From Vicugna vicugna (lineage: Eukaryota), in the NCBI GenBank assembly GCA_013265495.1, contig MU058059.1, positions 4,069,502-4,133,501 on the forward strand: a stretch of 64,000 nucleotides of DNA, given 5' to 3'. The notes under the pieces were generated by a model, which saw nothing but the letters and a program-made list of their open reading frames with translations, searched no databases and was not told the DNA's origin. The position numbers were made by a program, and so were the translations under genes. Below, in pieces: positions 1-9,844 of the stretch; position 1 is the stretch's first letter; every line of letters starts with the position of its first letter.

Positions 1-1143
1 TGTAATGAGAAACTGCAAGACAACCAGAGTGGACGAATCCAAGAGCCTCAATCTGGTGGAAGGGGGCCCACGGATCCCATATGTGAGGGCACGGACATCA
101 CGCGCTGACACGGAGACACCACAGCACTGCTTTCACGCACCTTCTTATTACATTTATGTGAAAAACAGTGTCGACTTTATTTACCATTGAGGCTGAGGTA
201 TATAATTCCCTAATTTACCCCAAATATTAAGTAGCTGAGCTCCCTCTAAATGACACTTTTCTTGCCAAAACAGTGCTCCCCTACGCGCCAGTCCCCTTCC
301 TGGGGCTTAACAAGGGGGCAGGCAAGGCGCCACCCTCCCCCGCCACCCAGGAAGAGCCTGAGAGTGGACCCTGGTTCTGGGCCTGAACCCCCGGCCACAG
401 CCCACCAAGTGCGCCCAGACTCACCCTAGTGACAGTTTTTAATCAAATTAGTCATTCTCTGCTTTCTACCTCGTGTATTCTACCTTATTATGTTGCAGCC
501 TTGGCCCAGGCTTCTGCCCGGAAGGTCAGTCTGGGTTCCCTGGAAGGAAAGCCCCACGGGGCCTTCCAGGACCAGCACGCCCCACCCCTTGCAGACAGAA
601 GCTCAAGGCCCTGCACAACCAGCACGCCCCCCCCACCGCAAACAGAAGCTCACGGCCCTGCACGGGCTGAGACTGGGGTCCTTGTGTGCAGTGGCTTCCT
701 GATGCGGCTGGGGTGGCGCCGCAGTGACAGCCTTGGCTCTGAAAGTTTGCCAGGCTTTACTCATTCACAGAGTGACTCGGGTGGCAGGTCAGCGCAAGGG
801 TTAGGCCCTACCTGGGCATGCTTCAGAGGCGGGGGTGGCAGGTACGGAGGGAGCAGGTGCGGCCCAAGTTAGGGTGAGACGTCACTGTAAGTAAAGCTCG
901 CACTTGCCTTTGGGCAGTGAGACAAGCCTGGTCCCAAGCCCTCGGCCCCCAGGGCTCACGCTTCTTCGCTGGAGGACACATCGCGCAGCGCAGGGGGCGC
1001 TTCTGGGTGAAGGGCCAGCCCTGGGGGGAGCCTGCCTCTGGGAGGGACCGTCCGCACACAGCGCCGGGGCAGCGAATGACCGTCACAGCCCCAGAGCGTC
1101 ACCCCAAAGGCTATGCTCTCCAGTTCTCCCAAACTTCCTGGAA

Positions 1144-1735
1144 GCTAACAGACTAAAGGAAGCTAAGCAGGACCCCGTGGGCCCCTGGGGACAGAACCCC
1201 GCGTGTCCCCGCCTCTCGTTTGTAGAAAAGCATTAGCCTCCTAGGCCTTCCCTGGGCCCCAGGAGCGAGCTAAGCAGAGAAGGGGGACACGCAGACATGC
1301 GGGAAGACAGGCAAGCACAATGGTTCAGCCTTGAAACAAAGCCAAGGACTTGGTTTCTCCTTCCTGGGGGCTGCAGGTCACACCCTGAGCCGCACCCTTG
1401 AGTCGTTTTGCAGGCGCTGAAACCCCCGCCAGGTGGAGGCGCTGGCTGCACGCTGACCCCCAGCACGCGGACCCCAGACGGCCTGGAGCCCGAAGGGTAA
1501 CGATGTCACCTCCCAGTTACCTCAACACCAGCCTATGAGAAGGTCCACGGACTGACGTGCACCGGCAACCTTCTCCCCGACCTCGCCTTTAAAACCCTTC
1601 CCTGAAAGCCACCGGGGAGCTGGGTCTTCCAAGCACAAGCTGCCCGCTCGCCCTACTTGGCGCCGCAGTGAACGCACTTCCATTCACCGCAGCCTGCGTC
1701 CAGCGCACATCCGTTTCACCCACTTGGGGCAAGTT
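1144..1735 (+). mobile_element. Probable solo ERV LTR remnant (ERV1-like)
   Basis: LTR-like composition recognised by eye (cctttaaaacccttccctgaaagcc...ggggagctgggtctt...aagctgccc). Boundaries approximate. Confidence 0.45.
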
Positions 1736-1781
1736 TCACTCCCGCCGCCCGTCAGCCAGCACCCGCTAGCGGGCAGCTCAC

Positions 1782-1984
1782 CTGACGCCGCCTCCTCCTC
1801 GTCCTCGTCCTCGTCGTCCTCGTCCTCGCTGTCTTTGCTGAGCTCACTCTTCTTGGCCTTGGCGGGGCAGCCCCCCGGCTTCCCCTCCCCAGGCCCAGCC
1901 AGCGGCTTGGTGTCCGCCGCCCCCAGGCGGGCGGTCAGGTTCATCATGGCGAGGTCGGGGAGGCTTCCCTCGGGGTGGGCCAGT
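1782..1984 (-). CDS. PIEZO2: PIEZO2 exon ~20 (203 nt): LAHPEGSLPDLAMMNLTARLGAADTKPLAGPGEGKPGGCPAKAKKSELSKDSEDEDDEDEDEEEAAS
   Basis: Acceptor ctgccggcag|A CTG, donor TCAG|gtgagc. Phase 2 to 1. Confidence 0.93.
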
Positions 1985-2336
1985 CTGCCGGCAGAGAGCA
2001 GGGAGTCAGGGCACGAGGGGCCCGGGACACGCGAGCGAGGCGTCGTGGAGGAGGACAGACGAAATGGAAATCAGCACACGACATGGCCTGGCAGGTGGGC
2101 TTGCGAGCGCCTGGGCGCTTTTTTACTTTTTAAAGCTCTTTCTAAAAATGAACTGTCAATTTGGTGAGGTTCGGTTAGCTTTTCCAATTCGGGTTCGAGT
2201 GATTAGTCGGTCATGAGAGCTATCGACACCTAAACTTGACATTTCCCCGCAGGAGAAAATGGTCAGAGTTCAGGCCGCAGAAGCATGAAATGGCATCGTG
2301 TGAGCTAGCATTTCATGGCTTCACAGGGGGACTTAC

Positions 2337-2369
2337 TCATTTTGGTGGATTGGTAATTTTTTCTCGATG
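2337..2369 (-). CDS. PIEZO2: PIEZO2 cassette exon ~19 (33 nt): (S)IEKKLPIHQN(E)
   Basis: Acceptor tttgagcag|C ATC with an upstream pyrimidine tract, donor TGA|gtaagt. Symmetric phase 2. Resembles the recalled human SIKKKLPIHQNE. Confidence 0.9.
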   Translation of the reverse strand, partial: HREKITNPPK

Positions 2370-2459
2370 CTGCTCAAAGTAATTGAAGTGGAAAGGAAAA
2401 AGAGGAGATGAGAACAGAAGAATTATAAGGAGAGTCAGAGATCACACATCATGCTACAG

Positions 2460-2945
2460 ATCATCACTATCGCGCTCCTGTGTGCGGCTGCAGCAGGCCT
2501 CCGCCCAGCGCATCCTGGGGCGGCGCGCGCAGCGTGCTCCGGCTGGGGGCCCTGCGCTCGGCAGCCGGCCTGAGATGGACGCGGCTGCAGCTGTGGAGGG
2601 CGGGACACTCGGACCGTGGGGGCAAATCACGCCATGCTTTTCAAGGCAGGCAGCAGACCACCCTGCAGCAGTCAAGTCAGTCGCATTGGAAGGAGGATTT
2701 CCTAACCTCTCAGGTGACGTGGCGTTCCCGGCAGCCTTGGCGCAGGCCGCTCCCATCCTGCCACCGCCTGAAGCAGACGCAGCGGAGGCTGGCGCTGGCA
2801 GGGGTAAGAAGCCCGCCTCCCGCCCCCACCCGAGGGCAGGATGCGAGCGGCTGGACCAGGGTCCCGAGAGGAGGCTGCGCGCCCCGCCCAGGGTGGGAGC
2901 TACAGCCTCGGGGAGCCTGGGCGGGGGCACGCGTTTCATGGTGGG
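2460..2945. promoter_or_regulatory. CpG-dense, GC-rich intronic segment upstream of exon 19 (CpG-island-like)
   Basis: Visibly dense CG dinucleotides and GC boxes (gccccgccc, gggcggg). CpG observed/expected not computed. Confidence 0.45.
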
Positions 2946-4220
2946 TAATAACAAGCCTGCTCTTGCTCGGCCTTTTTTTTTTTTCGAGTATATTTTTTCA
3001 TTCGCATTCAAACAAGCGTCTGAGGCAACATTCGTGGGCAGTGAAGCAGGCGTTAGGAGACGCTCTGGTTTCTCCACCTGCGATAATTAACCCACACGTC
3101 ATGGCCTGGCTGTCACGGGGTGGACGCTGAGTAATGTCACTGTGTTTGTGCAAGTGTGGGCTCCGAGTAAGTTATTTAACCTTTCTGGAATTTACCTTTT
3201 TTTTTAAACAAAATGAGGACGTCTGGGTGGATAAAAATCTTAAGGTCACGTGCAACTTGCTGGTTTCTCATTTACAATACCTGTGATGTTGAGTGACTAT
3301 TGCAGTGAATTTGTAATAAAGCCACAGACTTTCAGACAGCTTATCCTTCCAGAGTAATTCTGTTTAGCAGGGTGCCAAGCAGGTAATTGCGGAACGTTGG
3401 AAACGGGCTGTTAATCTGATGAGTAGAGGACGTTCTGAGGGTGACGGAAGACATCGCGCTGGGGTGTGCTTTGCTTTCTCAGGCCAGAAGGCTCGCCCTC
3501 CACCTCTGGAAGGGCTCCCCACTCCTGAAGCTGCAGTCCCGCACCTCCTCCAGCAGGCCTGCTCGTCAGACCTCAGGGACCTCGTCTCCTGCCCTGCGTT
3601 GTCAGGAGTCCCACGTGTTGAAAGGTACCGAGGTGGCAGTCAGGTGCTGCACACCTGTCGGTATTTCTGTGTTCCCTTCCGGGCTTGCTGGGGAAGGCAC
3701 CTTACAAGCGCGAAGACACTTTCCTTACGACAGGAATGTGCAGCTTGTAGTGCGGAAGTACCGCCATTTCTGACGTCTACCTGGACGCTACCAGGACTGG
3801 AGACTGACAAGAAAACCACTGTCCAGTAATGAACGCAGAGATGAGGCTGTTCCTACAGCCGCCACTTTGGCCGCGCAACGAAACGTCCTCCAGCAATGGG
3901 GCCCCGAAAGTGCCGGGCGGACGGAGGGGAGGCTGCTGACCACAGGAATGAGCATTCGAGTACACCTCTTGGAAGGGAGTCCAGGAGATGCACTTCTGGA
4001 AACCTGTTCCAGGTGCCAGGGGTCTGGGACTAGACGGAGCTGGGGGGGGCGGGGGAAGGGCTTCTGGGCCTGAAGCCCTTCCTCTCTGACATCCTCCTCG
4101 CGAGGAAACAGTGGCACGATGCCCGCGGGAGCTGGGACGCTCGAGCTCGCCAGCTTGTAAAACAGGACAAAAAAAGAAAAAAGAGAAAAGGGCGGGGGCG
4201 TGTATGGTGCTGTCACTTAC

Positions 4221-4260
4221 TCGCCTAGGAGTCTGCGATCTGAAACTTCACGGAGAACAC
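4221..4260 (-). CDS. Candidate PIEZO2 40-nt exon (open only when entered in phase 1; exits phase 2)
   Basis: tttcatgcacgcag|GTGTTCTCC...CTAGGCGA|gtaagt. Complements the 11-nt exon to restore frame. Confidence 0.5.
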
Positions 4261-4555
4261 CTGCGTGCATGAAACGTGTACAAATGGAAGTATTTTCAAT
4301 GTATGATTGGATTTTATTCTTTTAAAAAGACACCTGTGTGAATCCTTTCATCTTCCTACCGTTTTCCTTCACTTTCATCACAGCGTGTTTTACAGGCCAC
4401 ACAAAACTGTGTGATAAGCGGGCCCTCGCGAATCAGAAAGACTAAGATTCAAACCTCAACCAGACATCGGACCCGCCAGGGGGCCTGGCCAAGCTCCTTA
4501 TCAGGTCTTTTAGGTCTCAGTTTGCTGAGCTGTAACGTGGAAGGACAGCGCTTAC

Positions 4556-4566
4556 TTCCAAGGAAG
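4556..4566 (-). CDS. Candidate PIEZO2 11-nt microexon (phase 2 to 1)
   Basis: ccttccttttcgcag|CTTCCTTGGAA|gtaagc. Near-consensus sites on both sides. Confidence 0.5.
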
Positions 4567-5904
4567 CTGCGAAAAGGAAGGTGATTTCCGTCCAGCGCTT
4601 GACAGGGGAACATTCGTGGAGTAAGGAACCCCCTGCTCGTGACGGGTCTTCTTTGCTCCTTGACAACCTGTGTCCTCCTTTCACGCAGAGCCAGCGGTGG
4701 AGCTGGAGGGACCACACAGCACAGCAGGTGGGGGGTGCGCCACACTCAGGCCGTATGTCTGTCAGCAGCAGATCCCTTAGCAGGCCTGGGGCTGGACACG
4801 GCCCTTTAGACGAACTGGGCAGACGTTTCTTCCTCGGGACTCTGTGTCTGACAGTCTCAACGCCGGGCCCCCTGCCGGCAGCGGTCACCTCCCTCGCCGC
4901 CCGGCTGAGCCCGAGGGCCACCGCAAAGCTGGGGTCTACTTCACTTAGATCTGTCCCCTCTAATAAAACTTTTAAAAGACCTGCTTTTTCAAAAAACCAA
5001 TCAAACACCACACTCTAGTAAAAGACGTTCCCTGAAACTCCCAGCAAAGAAACTTGGAATACTCTTGACTCCACCGATCTCACCACCGGAGGCGGCGTTC
5101 CCCTCTGGGGTGACAAACCCACCGGCTGAGAGCTGGGCTCCCAGGGGCCCCGCCCCCACCGTCCTCAAATCCCACTGTGCTGCCATCTCTGCCCTCGGCG
5201 AGACCACTCCCTTCCCTTTGCATTGTCTCAGCCACACCTGTAACTCTGGTCCTGCTTTCATTCTGATCCCGGCTCTGAGCTCCACCCTCTGCTTCTCGAC
5301 ACCGTGGTTCTCTCCTTCGCATCCTGAGAGAGCAGGTCATTTCTCCTCGTTCATTTTCTCTCCCTCTCTCACCCCCCAACCGGCTCTCTACTATGTGTGG
5401 GTTTCTCAATTTGTGCCTCCACCCTTTTACCCTAATTACTGCTTGTGGGACCCCCACCCCAAGAGCAGAAATCCGACCTTCCTCTGTGCACCTCCCTGCA
5501 AACTGCAGCCTCGTGCTTGGTGTGCCCTGCGAGTCCCTGAGTGTCTGGTGAACGGACTCTATGCACTGGAGAGACATCCTCATTTGAAACAGAAGAAACA
5601 AGTTATGGAGAGTTGAAGAGGTTTAATTCTGTCCTAGGAAGTGACTTTGGAAAGCCACCTCTTAAGCTAGTTTCCATGAAAGAAAATGGAAATTCTACCA
5701 TTGTAAAATCTCCTCGGGTCTAAATTCCACTTATTTATAACTGCTGTAAAGTACACAGCACTCACCTCATTCACTGGACTCTTAGAGAAAAGGAACTCTC
5801 TTGCCACTTTGTAGCATTTGTAAATAATCCTTAAAGTAGAAGTTCTAAAATGCTAATATTAAATTCTAGAACCCACAAGCACTTTTAGAATCACACGCCC
5901 CCCT

Positions 5905-8157
5905 GTACACTGTGCTCCTCTCTGGGTCACTGACATCCCACGCCCTCGTCTACACTGTGCATCCTCGCTGGGTCACTGACATCCCGCGCCCTCGTCTACA
6001 CTGCGCATCCTCTCTGGGTCACTGCCATCCCACCCCCTCGTCTACACTGCGCATCCTCTCTGGGTCACTGCCATCCCACCCCCTCGTCTACACTGCGCAT
6101 CCTCTCTGGGTCACTGCCATCCCACCCCCTCGTCTACACTGCGCATCCTCTCTGGGTCACTGCCATCCCACCCCCTCGTCTACACTGCGCATCCTCTCTG
6201 GGTCACTGCCATCCCACCCCCTCGTCTACACTGCGCATCCTCTCTGGGTCACTGCCATCCCACCCCCTCGTCTACACTGCGCATCCTCTCTGGGTCACTG
6301 CCATCCCACCCCCTCGTCTACACTGCGCATCCTCTCTGGGTCACTGCCATCCCACCCCCTCGTCTACACTGCGCATCCTCTCTGGGTCACTGCCATCCCA
6401 CCCCCTCGTCTACACTGCGCATCCTCTCTGGGTCACTGCCATCCCACCCCCTCGTCTACACTGCGCATCCTCTCTGGGTCACTGCCATCCCACCCCCTCG
6501 TCTACACTGCGCATCCTCTCTGGGTCACTGCCATCCCACCCCCTCGTCTACACTGCGCATCCTCTCTGGGTCACTGCCATCCCACCCCCTCGTCTACACT
6601 GCGCATCCTCTCTGGGTCACTGCCATCCCACCCCCTCGTCTACACTGCGCATCCTCTCTGGGTCACTGCCATCCCACCCCCTCGTCTACACTGCGCATCC
6701 TCTCTGGGTCACTGCCATCCCACCCCCTCGTCTACACTGCGCATCCTCTCTGGGTCACTGCCATCCCACCCCCTCGTCTACACTGCGCATCCTCTCTGGG
6801 TCACTGCCATCCCACCCCCTCGTCTACACTGCGCATCCTCTCTGGGTCACTGCCATCCCACCCCCTCGTCTACACTGCGCATCCTCTCTGGGTCACTGCC
6901 ATCCCACCCCCTCGTCTACACTGCGCATCCTCTCTGGGTCACTGCCATCCCACCCCCTCGTCTACACTGCGCATCCTCTCTGGGTCACTGCCATCCCACC
7001 CCCTCGTCTACACTGCGCATCCTCTCTGGGTCACTGCCATCCCACCCCCTCGTCTACACTGCGCATCCTCTCTGGGTCACTGCCATCCCACCCCCTCGTC
7101 TACACTGCGCATCCTCTCTGGGTCACTGCCATCCCACCCCCTCGTCTACACTGCGCATCCTCTCTGGGTCACTGCCATCCCACCCCCTCGTCTACACTGC
7201 GCATCCTCTCTGGGTCACTGCCATCCCACCCCCTCGTCTACACTGCGCATCCTCTCTGGGTCACTGCCATCCCACCCCCTCGTCTACACTGCGCATCCTC
7301 TCTGGGTCACTGCCATCCCACCCCCTCGTCTACACTGCGCATCCTCTCTGGGTCACTGCCATCCCACCCCCTCGTCTACACTGCGCATCCTCTCTGGGTC
7401 ACTGCCATCCCACCCCCTCGTCTACACTGCGCATCCTCTCTGGGTCACTGCCATCCCACCCCCTCGTCTACACTGCGCATCCTCTCTGGGTCACTGCCAT
7501 CCCACCCCCTCGTCTACACTGCGCATCCTCTCTGGGTCACTGCCATCCCACCCCCTCGTCTACACTGCGCATCCTCTCTGGGTCACTGCCATCCCACCCC
7601 CTCGTCTACACTGCGCATCCTCTCTGGGTCACTGCCATCCCACCCCCTCGTCTACACTGCGCATCCTCTCTGGGTCACTGCCATCCCACCCCCTCGTCTA
7701 CACTGCGCATCCTCTCTGGGTCACTGCCATCCCACCCCCTCGTCTACACTGCGCATCCTCTCTGGGTCACTGCCATCCCACCCCCTCGTCTACACTGCGC
7801 ATCCTCTCTGGGTCACTGCCATCCCACCCCCTCGTCTACACTGCGCATCCTCTCTGGGTCACTGCCATCCCACCCCCTCGTCTACACTGCGCATCCTCTC
7901 TGGGTCACTGCCATCCCACCCCCTCGTCTACACTGCGCATCCTCTCTGGGTCACTGCCATCCCACCCCCTCGTCTACACTGCGCATCCTCTCTGGGTCAC
8001 TGCCATCCCACCCCCTCGTCTACACTGCGCATCCTCTCTGGGTCACTGCCATCCCACCCCCTCGTCTACACTGCGCATCCTCTCTGGGTCACTGCCATCC
8101 CACCCCCTCGTCTACACTGTGCATCCTCTCTGGGTCACTGACATCACCCGCCCTCCT
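5905..8157. repeat. Minisatellite/VNTR, 46-bp unit ctgcgcatcctctctgggtcactgccatcccaccccctcgtctaca, ~49 copies
   Basis: 46 apparently identical units at 6001-8116, two diverged copies on the left and one on the right. Confidence 0.98.
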
Positions 8158-9148
8158 GTAGTAGCTTGCACACAGCAAATTCAAGTTTGGCTCTTGGGAG
8201 CTTTCTGAAATTTTTTTGTTTCTCCAATATTTTCTACCTGTAGTTGGCTGAGTCCATGGATGCAGGACCCGCGGATCTGGGGGCTGAGTGTGGCAGCCCC
8301 TGTCGTCCGGACCCATCAGACCGACTCCTGCCCTCTTTGGTGCCCCAGCCACCTGCTCTTAGAGCACATGGTAAACACGTTATGAGAAACGCAGAGGGAG
8401 GGAGACAGAGTGTGTGGTTCCTCAGGCTTAGAGGGATGGGATTTCTACAGCTGCTCGACCTTTCTAGCCAGAGTCTCTACCTTATTTCTCTGCCCAACAG
8501 CGGAAAGCCCGAGGCTGACTTTTCTCTCCCACACTGTCAGCAAAACTGACCCAAAGGGAACTGGCCAGTGCTCACTCTTCTTGTTTAGAGGTCGCACGGA
8601 CGCACTAAGTTTTGACACTTCCTGCTAGAAGGTCTGCCTCCTACGGTTCGCTATCTGGTCGTCAGCCTCGGGAGTTTACTAGAGAGAAAACAGAACGGAA
8701 GAGACAGCCAAGGAATCTCTCAAAATGTGATTCTGTGACCTGGATTTGTCGCAGAACACATGCTTCTGTTGCCTGCATCACCGCCTTTGCTACTGACGAC
8801 GTGCACTGTCAGAGTGGACGTTCTAAGCGCCTACTTAACAGAGTAAGAAGGCTTTCGGCAAGTCAGACCCCAGGGGACCCTTTCTGCGCGCTCCCAGGGC
8901 GCTCGGGGACAGTCCTGCTCTGTGTGTGTGGCGCCCCGCACGCGTCTCTCCTGCCGGGTGCCGGGTGTCCACGGCAGCGCGGGCTTTGCCTTCTCTGCAG
9001 CGGGACCCGGTGCTGTCCGTCACACGCCGCCCTTCAGTACGTGGCTCTTTCGAGTAGAGGTGCATTTGAATAAGTTGTATGTGTTAACATCCTCTTAGCC
9101 ATAGATTGTCATGGCTGTTACCACTTCATTCGGGAAGCAGCTCCTGAC

Positions 9149-9224
9149 GGGGCGGGCGCAGCTCATGGGGAAGAGCACGCTTAGCACCCATGAGGCCCTG
9201 GGCTCCACCCCCAGTGCCTCCACT
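9149..9224 (+). mobile_element. tRNA-derived SINE (camelid-type), degenerate
   Basis: ggggcgggcgcagctca...cttagcac...ccctgggctccacccccagtgcctcc, with A/B-box-like head. Confidence 0.65.
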
Positions 9225-9802
9225 AAGCACAGCTGCTGGGGGTCGGCTGATGGTTAGGTCCCCAGGATCGGTGAGATGTGGACCCCGGGGTGGATCCTAC
9301 GGGGACTCCAGGCCTGAGCGGTGGGGGTCTCTGGCAGGGGGGGTGGGACAAGCAGGGGAGGAGGCTGGGAGGCCGGTGTCGGAGTCGGTGCTCCGGGCAC
9401 CAGAGGGAGGGCAGCCGAGGTCCAGCGGGCAGTCGGCGGTCTTTGCGGGGGAGCTGGGTCTTGAGCTGAGCTCTCAATTATGTCTTCAGGAGGGAGAGGA
9501 GCCCTCAGGCCAGCCTGGGGCTGGTTCTACCCAAGGATGCATTAGTAGGACACACGACTGAACCACGACCAGAGGCCAAGCGCCAGCTCAAGACCCCCGG
9601 CAGCCTCCGAGACCCCTGGGCGGCACCATTTGGCCCCAACACTGAATAGTTTGGCTTGCAAAATACACCCATGAGCATACCTGGAGAGCATGTCCACTAT
9701 CTGACGACACGGTTTTTCATTTACAGAACAGTCAAGGGTTTAACACACCAAGAGACCATTAAAAAAGCAAGCAAGCAAGAGAGGAAACACTGAGGTACCC
9801 AC

Positions 9803-9844
9803 CTACTGATTATTAGATACACGCGCCCGCTGACTTTGGCATGG
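9803..9844 (-). CDS. PIEZO2: PIEZO2 cassette exon ~18 (42 nt): (S)HAKVSGRVYLIIS
   Basis: Acceptor acgcgcag|C CAT, donor TAG|gtgggt. Symmetric phase 2. Resembles the recalled mammalian SHAKVNGRVYLIIN. Confidence 0.92.
   Translation of the reverse strand, partial: PCQSQRARVSNNQ

Noticed and set aside
2369..2375. GAGCAG tandem acceptor at exon 19
   Set aside because: GAG acceptors are rarely used, and the CAG gives the expected 33-nt exon.
2383..3130. Overlapping + strand ORFs of 235 and 216 aa
   Set aside because: Non-ATG starts, low-complexity GC-rich translations and no recognisable domain.
5905..8157. CRISPR-like array
   Set aside because: Head-to-tail tandem units with no unique spacers, in a mammalian context.
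5912..8161. 749-aa + strand ORF with a 46-aa repeat
   Set aside because: Artefact of the 46-bp minisatellite, whose + strand lacks stops in all frames (3 units = 46 codons). It has a non-ATG start and is antisense within an intron.
9681..9700. 20-nt segment cag|ATAGTGGACATGCTCTCCAG|gtatgc
   Set aside because: The donor is good, but there is no pyrimidine tract and phase-2 entry hits an immediate stop. Too weak to call.
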